Assembly: GCF_964355755.1 (NCBI RefSeq)
Contig: NC_092677.1
Coordinates: 14,406,101-14,470,100 of the forward strand
Origin: Antedon mediterranea
Lineage: Eukaryota; Animalia; Echinodermata
DNA: 64,000 nt
Reading direction: 5' to 3'
Shown piece after piece: positions 39,127 through 52,345 of the stretch (positions are counted from its first letter, which is position 1; every line of letters begins with the position of its first letter). The position numbers and the translations under genes are program-made. The notes beneath the pieces are model-generated. The model saw nothing but the letters and a program-made list of their open reading frames with translations. It was not told where the DNA came from and made no database searches.

Positions 39127-40296
39127 TTACACCATTATACTGTTTTCACATTACCTGATACTTTGACCCTTATCTAGTTAGTTTGAACTTGTAAGCTTAA
39201 TTGATGTGGGAGGTCGTGTTGCCAAGTAACCAATAATAGGCAGAGGATTTTACGACATGTAACTTTGACAGGTGTGCGCCGAATGTTTTATTTTGACTAT
39301 TATTAATTGTTACTGTGTTCATAATTATTATATTATACTATTAATAAAAAGAACAGAGCTTTTTGTCATCATCTTTGCTTTATACATATAGTCTACTAGT
39401 TAAGGAAGTAACGGTCTTTTCATCACTTTCTCGATTGCATGATTAGTCCAATGCCTATAAAAATAAACCTTTACAATGCTGTTGTTGCTACTAACACTAT
39501 ACGTACCTATATGCCTAATGTATACCTTTTTTTTATATCCTAATATATTTTATGACTAGTAATTCATTTACTTTATTCAGTAGTCGTTATTTTTATCTTA
39601 ATAATAACATTGAAGTCCTAAAAGATGCATTATTTCTAGCCACAAAACCGTAACTCACCAAAATTAGAATCCAAATAATAACTTCATAGAGTTAGTCTGG
39701 GTCCTCTATTATGCTTGCTATCCTCGGTGAGACTATTGTTGTCATTAAATTTACTCGTGGGACGCATCGAACAAATACTATTGAGCGGTGGTCTTGGTAA
39801 CCGCTTTGTCTTTATTGTGTACTGTGTGAATCTCTCGCCTGCTTTGCATGACAGTGGGGTATCTGATGTAAACAGTGTAGCTAAAAAGAGACTAGCTGTA
39901 AAGTACACCATGTAACGTATTTATATATTTTTACCTCAAAGAGTCTAGCTGCTGTGAACATGTGACGTTATTATATCATTTAACTAAAACGAGACTACTG
40001 TGGTCTGTGGCGGGCTTTGTTTATTAAATTGTTTCATATAAATTAAAAACATTAAACCATATCTGTATGATTAAACTTAGATCCCGTTGTCATTTTACGT
40101 TTTTTTTTTACGGTATATGCATATCTATTTTATTAATACTGCATTGATTGTATTCATTTCTCTGTGGTTATAAAATTGAGAAAAAATTGCGCTCTTTTTA
40201 TACAGGCGCTATGCTTGTGACGGTATATGAGGCAATATGAGAGACATAATAACTATTCTAAAATATTATAAGATGTTAATTTTTGATTTTTTTTTT

Positions 40297-40405
40297 CATT
40301 TGAGGCTTATATGGAGTGGAGGTAAAAGAGTCATGAGTTACAACCCTGGCACTAAGTCAGGATTGAACCATGAACCTTGGGATTAGGAGGCAAGCACCAA
40401 GCTAT
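40297..40405 (-). mobile_element. tRNA-derived SINE fragment
   Basis: Similar to 21578-21690 (catttgaggctta...gagtcatgagttacaac...ggattgaacc...ggcaagcac). Confidence 0.6.
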
Positions 40406-41770
40406 ACATACTTATAAGTTTGTAATTTAATTATACGTTTCATTTTTTTATAATTAAGAAAAAAGAACATTTCAATTGTATTTTGTAAAAACTTTCTCCT
40501 CATTGAAGAGGGTTGAAGTAAATAAAAATGGCACATTACTAAATGACTAATGATCTATAAAACTTTATTTTCAAAATATATCTCATGCCATAGAATTCAT
40601 GAGGGAACTAATGCGCTCCTAACATTTTAAACACCTATTTGATTGACTAATACTCTATAAGCAAATTTAAATTTTACTTGTTATTCTTATTTATATTAAA
40701 ATGAAAACTTTTTTTCGAGCAGCCTAAATCATCCCTCTTTGTTCAAATACTGACCAAGTCCTACTTCCCTGGCGGTAAAAATGCAATAGTAAAACAGTAA
40801 GCTCTATTAATTTTCCTCGAGTTATTCAGTACTAGCCTACTGTTAGGCCTAATAACATACTAACCGAGACTTGAGCCTAAATAACTTAAAAATATTATCT
40901 GAGGTAGTATTTTTAGTGATTTCTTCTTTCTATGTACATTATTCATAATTATTACTATTCCGACGCGATCGATATGTAACCAAGATAATACCGGTCACCT
41001 TCTCATGGCAACACTGTCTACAATAAATCTGTCGTTATTGTCACCTTTTGTTTTCAACAAACTCGATTCGATTTTTAAAAACCTTCACAATAATAATTAG
41101 TATCATCATTGATTATGCCTCGCAGCGGAGGTATAATGGTATTTTTTTAGTGAAATCATGAAATCGAGCAACATATTTACGTTTTTGTACTTTTCTGATT
41201 CAGTATTTCAATCGTTCTTAATATTAAATTAATATTAAGGCCTGTAAACAAACTTCGGAAGTACCTAAAGCAAGACTTATTTAATCTAAAAAGTACGTCA
41301 ATATAATTAACTTTCAATTAACTATTATTATTATACTGTAGACCTATAAGTTTCTTGACCAACTGATTTAAAAGTGTTTTTCAAAATATTTCATTTATTT
41401 TATGTTTTGGAGTTTTTTTTCTAACATATTCAAAGATTATTCAATAACATGGGCTATTACGGTTCTGTTATAACTTCATCTAATATTTATTAATTCATCA
41501 TCCACTTCCGTATATTCATGTGTGCTTCATCAGCAGTACCTGATTCCTTCTGTTTGTTATCGCTTTTATTTACATTCAATGCTGAGGTCATTGTTTCGTT
41601 GCAGAGTGTGTGCTCTTGCCTTCAGGGGCAATATCTTGTTTTTGCAAATTCACCTGTCTTAGGCCTATCACATACCACTTTTGTTCACCTTAGCTTTTGA
41701 AAGGTGAACAAAGGAGAATTTGCCTTCTTTTTTTAGAAGACGGTCACCTGCCCTTTCCGAACTTTCTGAC

Positions 41771-44700
41771 TCAAGCTAGAAGGTCACCGATCCTTTGAAA
41801 AAAAGAAGGAACGGTTGATTGGTTGTCTTCCTCGTCATTCTCATCGTCTGATTCTGGAACATAATCAAGCTGGGCGTGCCCAACTATCCTCGTACGACGT
41901 TGGTATGCTTGTGTAGGTCTAGGCCTTATCTGTACACCAGCTTGCTTTAAACCTACGGATGTTAGCTTCTCTTGAAATTCAGTAACATTTTTGTTCCTGA
42001 TTTCCCGCTTCTTGACAATTTTTGACTTTTCTTTGCCGTTAATACTTCCATTTATCACGTCAAGCGAATCACCAAATTCAAGTACGGTATCAAAGATCTC
42101 ATCACATGTATCGACGCAGTTTGAAATAGCCCCCTCAACGTTGCGAAATAGTTCAATCATTTCATTCCTATCATGAGAAGTATAATTCCAATCAAATTTA
42201 AAATCGAATTTATAAATTACAAATTATTAATAGGTTAGGCTAAGCAATTTTCTGAAATCATGCCGTTTGTAGCTTTACAAAATAACCAAAACAATATTTT
42301 ATTTGTATTTACCTAAACTCGGTTACATCAGACCGTATATCAATGACGTCGGTCTGTGTTACGGCATCGTCTGTGTCAAAGGCAGACGACCGCTTGTCAG
42401 AAATGAAGCGGGCAACTAAATTATCCATTACTTCCTAGAAGCACAAACATATTGAAATGTTATGAAATCTATTTATTAATAATAATCAATGTTATGAATG
42501 TATGTAGTGTATATAAAATATCATACCTGATATTCCTGGTTCTTCTTCTTTATTTTGTCCTTGTATTTCTGTTGATAAATAGTTTATTTCTCAATATAGT
42601 GGTAAGATTGTATGTGTATATACTAGTAGAGGGACTATTAGATGGGTCACAGTTTGAGAGGTTTAGGTTGAGAGAAATTTACCCCAGTGGTTTTGCAGGG
42701 TGAAAATACATGTTGCAATGTTCGTCATGATAGTCTCGATTATACACGTCGACTTTACTTAATATTCGTATTGTAAAAAAACATTTTGGTACAAACGTTA
42801 TGTTTATACACATGGTCTTCTCAATGTTGTAAAGGTAATGGTACTTGCTTATAATTTTAAATGTTTAAACTAAAATGTAATAATGCATACCTTTTTCATC
42901 TCCTTCTCAGCCTTATGACAGAATGCTCTGTTTAAAATGCCTCTGCATAATTCAAATATATCTCTTGGAGGCGGAAGAATGTTAAATGGAATCGGGAGCG
43001 CGATTTGTTTGTTGAAATAAGAAATCCATATGGCTGATCGACTAAACTTCCATTCGATATCAGAATTATCCTATAAAACAAATATCATAAGTTCGAAATG
43101 GCGTTATGAATTACCGTAGTTTAAAACAGAGACTAAGAATGGTATTTTATAGGCCTATTGGCCAAATATAATTTTGCCAAGTATTATTACTTGCTTTGTT
43201 TGTATAAGCACGATAGCGCCTACAATGTTGAAGTTATCATTCTGAAATTCTCAAAATGTATGTGTACATAGGTATATACATACATGCCTATTATTGATAT
43301 ATTGGTCACGTCACAAAAGCTTATTATATTAAAATTTCACTTTCCTGTATCGTCCATATGAGATATAGCACGCCCTCTGTATTCTTTTAACATTAATATC
43401 AAGTGGTGAGCCTTCTATCTCCGAATATAGGTTTCCCTAATATATTAACTACTTCACTAAGTTTGTGAGTGCTTTCACGTTATCACAGCACATCATTTAA
43501 CTGTAGTATTACATATTTGTTCCCACTTGGAAGCAATCCAATAGTAGGCGCAATGGGAACCAAACCTTAATCCGTGACCGCTGTCAGCATATTGGTAAAC
43601 TCTCATTCTCGCTCTGTCGGATAGAATGTTGTACATGATTTTTAAAGGCCAATTTACACGAGCGGTAAGAGTAAGCGGTAAACGGGGAAAATAGAGAATC
43701 CGGTATGTTATGACGGAGTGGACGGGTGGTTGAGCTAAAACCCGTCCAAGATAGACTCCGTATTCTATGGGACACGCTACGCGCTTTTTCGTTTACCGTT
43801 ACCAATTATCTGTAAAATGGCCTTAATGTCTTTATAACCTTAGCGTGCGAATATTTGTTTACCTGTATTTGACTGAAAGTGTTACTCATCATGGCTATAA
43901 GTACATTAAGCAGAATGATAACTGCCATCACAATATACACTGCGTACATAAGTGTACCCACACCTTCCGTTATGGAATGATCTGTACCTGTATCTAAAAT
44001 GCCTAGGTCGCCTAATCCAACCAGTCCCCAAAATAAGGTTTCCATCCCTTCTGCAAAGCTAAGAACAGTTGTTACTATGTTATTCATTATTATTACAGTA
44101 TCACAAATTAGTGGATAGCTTATAATTACTAGTATGTTTGTTATTATAACTTGTCACGTTTTAACAAAATGTGTAGAATTTTAAATTGTACAAGAAAATT
44201 TATCAGAAATATATACGGGGAATCCCTGCAGTGGCAGTAGCAGAAGCAGTCGTAGAAGCAGCCGAGCAATAGTAGTAGTAGGCGCAGTGGTAGCAGCAGT
44301 GGTAGCAGCAGTAGTAGCATCATTCGCATTAGCAGCCACATTAGCAGCCGCATTATCAGCAGTATTATCAGCAGTATTGGCAGAAGTAGCATTAGCAGTA
44401 GCCACAACAGTAGCTGAATCAGTAGGTACAGCAGCAGCAGCAAACGTAGAAGTAACATAAGAAGTAGTAGTGATAGTGTTATAAATAAGCAGAATCTATG
44501 GAAGAAGTATTTTAGTAACCTTAATAGTATAGTTAAAACAATTACCCGGCAAATGGATTTTGGAAACATCCTGTTTGCTCGCCTCCATCTTCAATGCATT
44601 TTAGAATTGTAGCTGAGGCATATGGGTAATAAAGCTGTGTCATACCCATTGCAAACGCCCACCATATGACGATGAAAATAACCATGAATCTGGCAATATC

Positions 44701-47700
44701 CGAAGTCATTCTCTCTAATGATATCTCGAGAGGACCTATGGAACGACTACTAGTAATCAGCTGCAGAAGTCTAAGAAAACTGCAGATATTACCAATAGCA
44801 AATGCAGCTTCGGCAATCAGGTTAGGGTCATCATTTTTCCATTCACGTCTGCTTAGGAAAAAACTATAGCTTGAGAAATATTGAGATATAAAATCAAATT
44901 CTTCACTATTAAAAGAGTAAGAATTTTCTGATGAACTGGTATAATCACTTAAATTTCGAATTTCAATTGTATCTGTAACCTCCAGATAACCACTTTGGAA
45001 TTCCGATGTCAGTAAACTGTCAATTGTCTCTTTTAGTTTGCCGTCGTCCACTGATTGTCCACCGCAGTCACTTATAAGAAGCCGTAAAGTCTGAATCGCG
45101 AGTTGGTATTCCTCAGACTGATCGCAGGTTTTGCTGTCGTTTTTCAAAACAGTTCCATTGCCGTATGCAACGTAACGACCATTTTCGTATAGATAACAAT
45201 CTTTGCCGTTGTAGTTATAATAACCGCCATCGATTACACACTGATTTAATTCACAGACTCTTCTTTCGAGATTTACTAAACAACATGCAAACAAACTTCC
45301 ATACAGTATGTAGTTATTGTAGCAGCTTGGTATTTCACGACATACCTCTCCATCCCATGCTGTATTATCAGCACACAATGTGGCATCTGATACGTCAGTC
45401 CATGTATAAGTAGTACTATTGAAATACCGCTGTACACATTTTTCTCCATCAAATGTTGAGCCATCATTGCACTGCCTGTAAGATAATGTATCGGTAAAAT
45501 GTATAGGTATTGGTTAGTTTCACGCTTTACATAATATAAAACATAAACAAAATGATACCGTTTACCTATTCAAACAATCGCCGTAAAAGCTTAAATCGGG
45601 ATCACAGCATATACTGAATTCATGATGTGTGTAGTAGGCTGCATAGCACGGTGGACCATGTTCAAAGAAATTGCATCTTTCCTGATTGGCAACATATATA
45701 TCGCCTTCTCGTTGTATCTGAAATTTAATTTTAAAATATACATAAACATTATTTATTCGTTGTCCGTAAAAGCCGGAACTTGTATTTGTAATTTGATGAT
45801 GAATTTAAAACGAGAGCATTAAACAAAGGAGCATTATAAAAACCAGAAGAAAAGGTATGTTCTAAAATTGCTGCTAAATATACAGTATTTAGCATTGTGT
45901 GATATTTTTGTTACTTACAATCCAAAATAAAGTTAGAGCACTCATTACACTGTAAATGAGAACAGTTTTTAATTTTTACCTCAAAGTATGCAGCAACTTT
46001 TAATAAAATCCACACTGAATAAAGAAGAATTTGCGCCGTCTCTATAAGGTTCCATTTGTCTTTCATGTACTTTTTAAACCCACATTCCCATATTTGTTTG
46101 CTTTCCTGTACTGTCATTCCTAAATGCAATGGGCAGTTTACAGTATTTTTTATTATTTCGTTCATAAGATTGATAAGATGTTTATTACATTACAATTACA
46201 TTGTAATTACATTGTAGTTATAGTACAATTGCATTGTAATTATAGTACAATTGCATTACAATTACAATTAAAATGACATTTAAAAAGTCACCGTGCAATT
46301 ACATTACATGTACAATTACATTACAGGTACAATTACATTCCAATAACATTGTAATTACATTATAATTAAATTACAAATTGTATTAAATTACATAAACAAC
46401 TACATTACAGGTACAATTACATTACAATAACATTGTAATAACATTGTAATTACAATTACATTACAATTAAATTACAGTGACATTCCAAGTCACAGTACAA
46501 TTAAATTACAATTACATTGTATTTACATTATTATTAGCATTACAATGCAATGTTACATCAAAATATGAAATACATTACTAACCTATGACCCAAATGTATA
46601 ACACGATTGATGTTACAGAAGGTAACCTGCCTCGTTCTCTGTCGTAGAACTGTTCTATTTCGAGTTGTTCTGCCTTTGTAAACGAGAAGTTGGTTGCAGG
46701 CGCTGGGTCCTGGTTATATAATGTGCTTATAATCAGTAAAGAAAGAAACGTAAAGTACGAAAATGTTTCAAATAAGAATCTCACATGTCTGAAAGGCAAT
46801 TAAAACAATATGATTATTATTATTTTGAGATAGTCTTAAAATTTAAACAAATTAAATTATAGTTATTTTGGAAAAAGTTACGAAAACAATAAATATCACT
46901 AACGGTGTATGGACAAATTTCTTAATCCATCCAAACGGAAATAACAGGTATAATACAGAAAATATCGGAAAGCTGCATCCAATGAGTATACTTCCAACAG
47001 CATCACGTGCTACTGAGTAATCTCGCCAACCAATAGGTAGTCCTTCGTACCAACGTTTTGTCATTATTAGTTGGCTGTTGGGGTGTGCAACAAACTGAAA
47101 GACATGTAAATGATAAGCTTATAATGAATACACCTATGTTTATACGTCCTTTCACAAATGATTTCATAAATTGAAAACGTAAACTTTGATCTCACCGCTT
47201 TCTGTTTGTGTTCAATCGCCCTTTCTAGTTTCAGCAATTGGTTGTCAGAGACTGTTGTGTAGTCTTCTCCCCAGACTTTCAAATCGTGCGTCAAGACAGT
47301 TTCGAGTTCATTCGATCCACGTAACTGGTCAAGAAGACTACAACAGAAATTTGAAACCTGTAAATAACGATATGCAAGGCTATAATATTCATTTATTATC
47401 GAACATTAAGTTATTACCATTAATGTCATTACAATGTCAACGTGAACATAGAAACAGTGCAGACCTCGACCAAATTGGTCACCTAGAGGTGTGTGATGAG
47501 TGCAGCAGGTCACCTAGAGGTGTGTGATGAGTGCAGCAGGTCACCTAGAGGTGTATGATGAGTGCAGCAGCTGCTTACCTGATTCTTAAGTTCTTCATAC
47601 TCGGCTCTAAATTCATACTCCCTGTCTTGAAGTTTCTCTAGACGACGGCAGATGGAAAATGCTGCGTCTATGGGATCTTTACTAGTGAGAGCAATGTAGA

Positions 47701-50700
47701 ATTCACCAGAAAGTGCTTTATATATGTGGAGAATGCCAATAGAGTATTCCACTGTGTGGCACTCGTTTGGATCTTCCTGAACACCAGGATCATCAATAAG
47801 ATGCGCTCCATTCAGCAACAATGCCTGCAGTAAAATAATGTGATTAAGCTCTGTCTACACTATCAAATGTCCTTTTATGTTTTATATTAGGCATGTATTC
47901 AAAATTGTAGATAGAAATTATTCCTAAATAAAATATAATATGCTAATTTCAATACAGGTATGATCGACACGAAACAATCTCTTTTATGGACGAATTTGAA
48001 GAATTACCCATCAAGCTACAACGAGGTAAGTTAAGTTAACTTTACAATTTACAAATTTAATTAACATCTGTCTAATCTACATAAACAAATTTGCAATATC
48101 TTGAATATTCATGAGCAGTAAATCGACATATGTTAGAATAATAATCACCATTTGTATTATTGGTTGTTGCTGTTTTGCTATATATATTGTCAGTAAATCT
48201 TTTGGAATTATCTATCAGTACATTATATAATAGACGGTAAGTAAAACTTGTTTATTTGGTTCGTTTGTGACACCTCTGCAGTGAACTAGAAATTTGTTAC
48301 GAATGTCCCGCATGAGATTTTATTTTTCGTACATTAGTTGGGGAAATATCGCGGCCCGCATGGTATTGTCACTACATTTACATAAATAGACTACAGTAGA
48401 CACTTTTATCTCACATTTAATTGGATCAATTTGAATGAGTACCAATCCTATATCTATATAGATTAGAAATAGTGGGCCTACAGTATTCGAAAAATGACTT
48501 TTACTGCCCGCTGGATGTTTGCGGCCTCCTTTCATCAATATATGATGCGTGTGTTAAATTAATTTGCAATCCAACATTAATTTCAGACTATTTAAGCTTG
48601 TTTATAATAATAGGCCTACCTGGATTACGTTATTGATTATTCATCAATGTTCACGTAGAATACGTTGCAATGTTTAGAAATAGAATATTTTATAGATGGT
48701 GTAACTTACCCTGATTATATCGTGGTTATTGTTCTGGGCAGCTAAAACTAGAGGAGTAACAACCGGGTGAAAGTCGTCTGAATCCATACCAGAATTAATT
48801 ATGTTGTATTGTTTACCCTAGAATAAAATAAAATAATAACTTCTGTTGTGTAGCTTTAATCTTCTCGGATAAGGGCTATAAACTGTAGGTTCAGTTGTAC
48901 ACATCTAGTTCATGTGCACTTTAAAGAACCTAGTACATCTTTCTAGACGAGTAGGTGGTTACCCCGGTGTACTAGTACAAACACATCCACTGGTCATAGC
49001 TGGACCCTTTGGTCTTTGAATGAAGAGGTTACCCGGTATAAATACATAACCAATTCAAATTCAAAGATGAGAAGCCGTCGTATATTATATATAAGAGGAT
49101 ATTCACAATATGTGAAAAGGAATGAACAAAAACAGACACAAAATGCAGTTTTTTAAAAATACATATTGAAACACAATGATGATTCTGATTAAAGATGTAT
49201 TGTCCCTTTGACAAATTCCAAAAAGAATAAAAAATAAAGATTTCGAAACAAATGGGTCATTTTGAAGTATCTTAATAGTTATTAACTTTCACCAATTATT
49301 AGTAAAAAAAGAATCATTTAACTGAAATACAGACGTTTTTTGTTTAAAAAAATTACTTTGACTTCTAGTCAATGTTCTCGATCAAAACATATCTCATAAT
49401 GCAACGCGCTTGTTTGGCTACTCTGTATGCATAATCATAAAACTTCCTCGCGATCTGTGTGAAAACACCTTCTCAACCGTGACGAGTTGTAAACAATCCT
49501 AATTAGCATCATGCATAATGCATACTCGTGGTTTGAAATCTCTGTTTACTTTCGATCGCGACGATTTTCCAGACGAAATGTAATCAAATTAATTTACCTG
49601 TTCATTACGTAAAATTGTTGTTTTTGGCTCGATTTTCCGACTTAAATTGAATAACTTTAATATTACTTTGATATGGCCAATTTAAATTTAGAATATTTTG
49701 ACCTTCATTTTTTTTGTGTTTCAAGGGACAATACATCTTTAAATAATGAAGAATTTAAATAAATGAGTTTATCTCACAAAAGAAAAAAATCCTATTGACA
49801 ACATGATAGACCGCTTAATAATCTTTTTTTTTTCTTAGTTAGTATGCATAGATATTCTATAAACATTTTCAACTACAAAAAGACAGCTATATATGTTTTA
49901 TTCGTTGGCTATTTGAAATGTATGTAAACCAAAATTGTTTTATTCGTTGGCTATTTGAAATGTATGTAAACCAAAATTGTATTATCCAATATACTTTTTG
50001 TCGGAAAATTGACAAACTAGCTTTTTTCTTATATGGACAATCCATAAACAATGTATAAGCACATACTTCAAGAATTTATAAATAGGATAACACAAACAGG
50101 TTTTTTAATCAGATAAAACCGTTTCTTTGATACCTGTGTCGACTTTGCAAAGTTCAAAATGATATCAACCGTCTTCATGTTCTGCATGTCAATCGCCCTC
50201 AGTAGAGAGTCGCCTGGATGAATACCGCCATCTAACATCAGTTTGATTACCTCTTTATAAATAAACAATAATTTTCGTATTATTGAGTTATTCTGAATTT
50301 GAAGTAGCAAATTAATTTTATTTAAAGTGGTTTGTTTTAAACAATTTAACATTCATTTTGTTCATAATTACAAATCAATAGGTATGCTGGGCTTATTGTG
50401 CAATTGGGACTGGACAGTGCACGTTAAAGAACTTGGTACAATAATCGTAAAGAGTAAGGGTATCGTCTCCCGGTGTGCTGATCTGTTAGGCGCTGCACTG
50501 TTGGCTGCCGTGGGTCCGTGGAGGGCCTAATCCGAATTTCCTCAGTTTCCCGTTAAGCTTGAGAACCAGAATGATACATTTCATTTTCAAAGCTGCATGA
50601 ACAAAAAATTCAAACGAAACACAGTCTATTTATGTCAGTTAGTAAACAATTCTTATGCTACGATTGAAAGTTTACCACCATAAATTTAAGTGCCACTGAA

Positions 50701-51523
50701 CATAATTTAAGACGATACTGAGAACGTACCAATTAGCCATATTATCCCATCTCATTTATATTAATAGCGAAACCAACGCAGTTGAAAATCTTATCCCAAA
50801 AACAAGATTACGTAATCTCATCTAAGCCTACCTGCAACTATTATCAGTGAATATATATAATTCATTAGCCCTAATGGACATTTTCCTACCTGCATTTGAA
50901 TTCTTTACCGCAAGTTGAAGCGCAGTATCGCCGTTCTTATCTCGGCAGCTGACATCGAAGGACTCCTGGTGCAGTAACGCATATGAGACTGCTTCTATGT
51001 CTCCCTTTTCTGCTGCCCGCAAAAAAACCTCTTCGAGGGTACCGTCAGTTGGCATTTCTTGTTCATTTTCTTTCTTATGCGTTTTATAGGATATACGCCT
51101 CAACGTATGTAATTGAATGTCTTTACTATAATGGGAACTATAATTGGAACTATTTTAAATTAACAGTATAAATGTTGAATTAAAAATGCACAAAAATACG
51201 AGTTATATTAGGACTTCATTTACCTCACCACTAAATCATTAAATTATGAATCTTAAATGTTTTTAATATACTATAATTATGATATCATTAATATTATTCA
51301 TTTTTTTAACATATATTAGGCCTATACATATTTCGTTTCATACTTATACTCTCCCAATCCCACTTGCATGACTTCGGTGTATGATATACATGTCACCTAC
51401 GTAGGCTACAGTTTAAAATATCATATTGATATAATTCAATTTTAATGTAATTTTTAAAATACCGATAATGATGATACATTATGAGTAAACTTACCTTTGG
51501 CCCTTTCGATTATATTCAGTCAT
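41771..51523 (-). CDS. TRPC-like (canonical transient receptor potential) cation channel, ~1142 aa
   Basis: 16 phase-compatible GT-AG exons: 51523-51495, 51098-50890, 50252-50134, 48817-48710, 47824-47579, 47357-47196, 47094-46904, 46788-46583, 46119-45980, 45717-45566, 45475-44546, 44058-43863, 43070-42891, 42568-42527, 42434-42313, 42167-41771 (3429 nt). Ankyrin repeats (FLRAAEKGD; TPLVLAAQNNNHDII); YKALS...DPIDAAF; KAFVAHPNSQ; S4-S5 linker IGPLEISLERMTSDIARF; pore TLFW; S6 LLNVLIAMMSNTF; TRP box EWKFSR; LPIPFNILP. Confidence 0.93.
44228..44480. repeat. Intronic degenerate (CAG/TAG)n trinucleotide tract
   Basis: agcagtagtagcagc arrays; source of ORFs 44144..44569 and 44181..44405. Confidence 0.9.
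46184..46560. repeat. Intronic (ATTACA)n-like microsatellite with inverted tgtaat blocks
   Basis: attaca / caatta / tgtaat repeats. Confidence 0.85.
47477..47569. repeat. 31-bp tandem repeat x3 next to a TRPC splice donor
   Basis: ggtcacctagaggtgtgtgatgagtgcagca at 47477, 47508 and 47539. Confidence 0.9.
48855..49030 (+). mobile_element. Deu/Nin-domain SINE fragment
   Basis: ggataagggctataaactgtagg...gtgcactttaaagaacc...gagtaggtggttaccccggtgt; related copy at 50385-50580. Confidence 0.6.
49193..49738. mobile_element. Kolobok-like non-autonomous element (546 bp)
   Basis: TTAA TSD; TIR agatgtattgtccctt / aagggacaatacatct. Confidence 0.8.
50385..50590 (+). mobile_element. Deu/Nin-domain SINE 3' fragment
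   Basis: gtgcacgttaaagaac...aagagtaaggg...cccggtgtgctg; ends in catttcatttt tail. Confidence 0.55.
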
Positions 51524-52204
51524 ACTTTTTTTTAGTTTGTGATCTTCTCCTGGTAGTCTTATCTTGTAATTGCTAGTTTTCTCTGTAATTGGTAATTTAC
51601 TTTCATACTATATCCTGTGATCCACTTATACTAATAATAATATCATGCTCCATTTCGTATATTGTTGAGATTTCTAACGAGTGCCTATGCCTTATTAAGT
51701 AATGTAAACACCGTCTTTTCGTAGACAGTTGTACTTGTAAAGGCTTAAAATATGTCTTTCTCCTTTTTGTGAGATTCACTCACCTTTACATTCTTCATTA
51801 CAAAATATACGAACGCCAAGCTAGTTATCTTACATTTTAATATAACCTTCATTATAATTTTCTATCATAAATTAAATATATGTATTTCGTTTTAGTTTCT
51901 GTTGTATCCGAATTTGTTTTTTTTTCCTTCTTATATATCTGGTAGATCTCCTCGTATTGAAGCTTTTAAAATGTTGATAGATAAATAAATTGTACGTCAT
52001 TGGAAACTTTCTTGTGAAATGAGGTGCAATTATTATGTTAACACTACAGCCAACCCTTACTAAGGGGACATCCATAATAAGGGGACAAGTTTGTGGGGCC
52101 AGAAGGTGTCCACTTAATATGGGACTGTATATTATATTTATTCATTTTGTAATATGCCAAAGAATATAGTATGTTTATAGTCATTTTTTGGTTTCTGATT
52201 TTCA

Positions 52205-52345
52205 AACTCTGTCTACACTATCAAACTAGTTTGATAAAAAAAAGTGTAATGTGCCCAACTATGGTAGTGATATGCCAAAATATAATCATATCCATTATGG
52301 GCAAATTAATTTTGTCATATAAAGTTTGATTGTGTAGACAGAGCT
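52205..52345. mobile_element. MITE, full copy, between the two TRPC starts
   Basis: TIR aactctgtctacactatcaaact / agtttgattgtgtagacagagct. Confidence 0.75.

Noticed and set aside
39684-39915. Overlapping 75- and 66-aa ORFs
   Set aside because: No recognisable motif or supported splice connection; may be an exon of an unrecognised gene but cannot be called.
44144-44569. Poly-Leu / poly-Ala-Thr ORFs
   Set aside because: Trinucleotide tract within a TRPC intron whose flanking exons join in frame without it.
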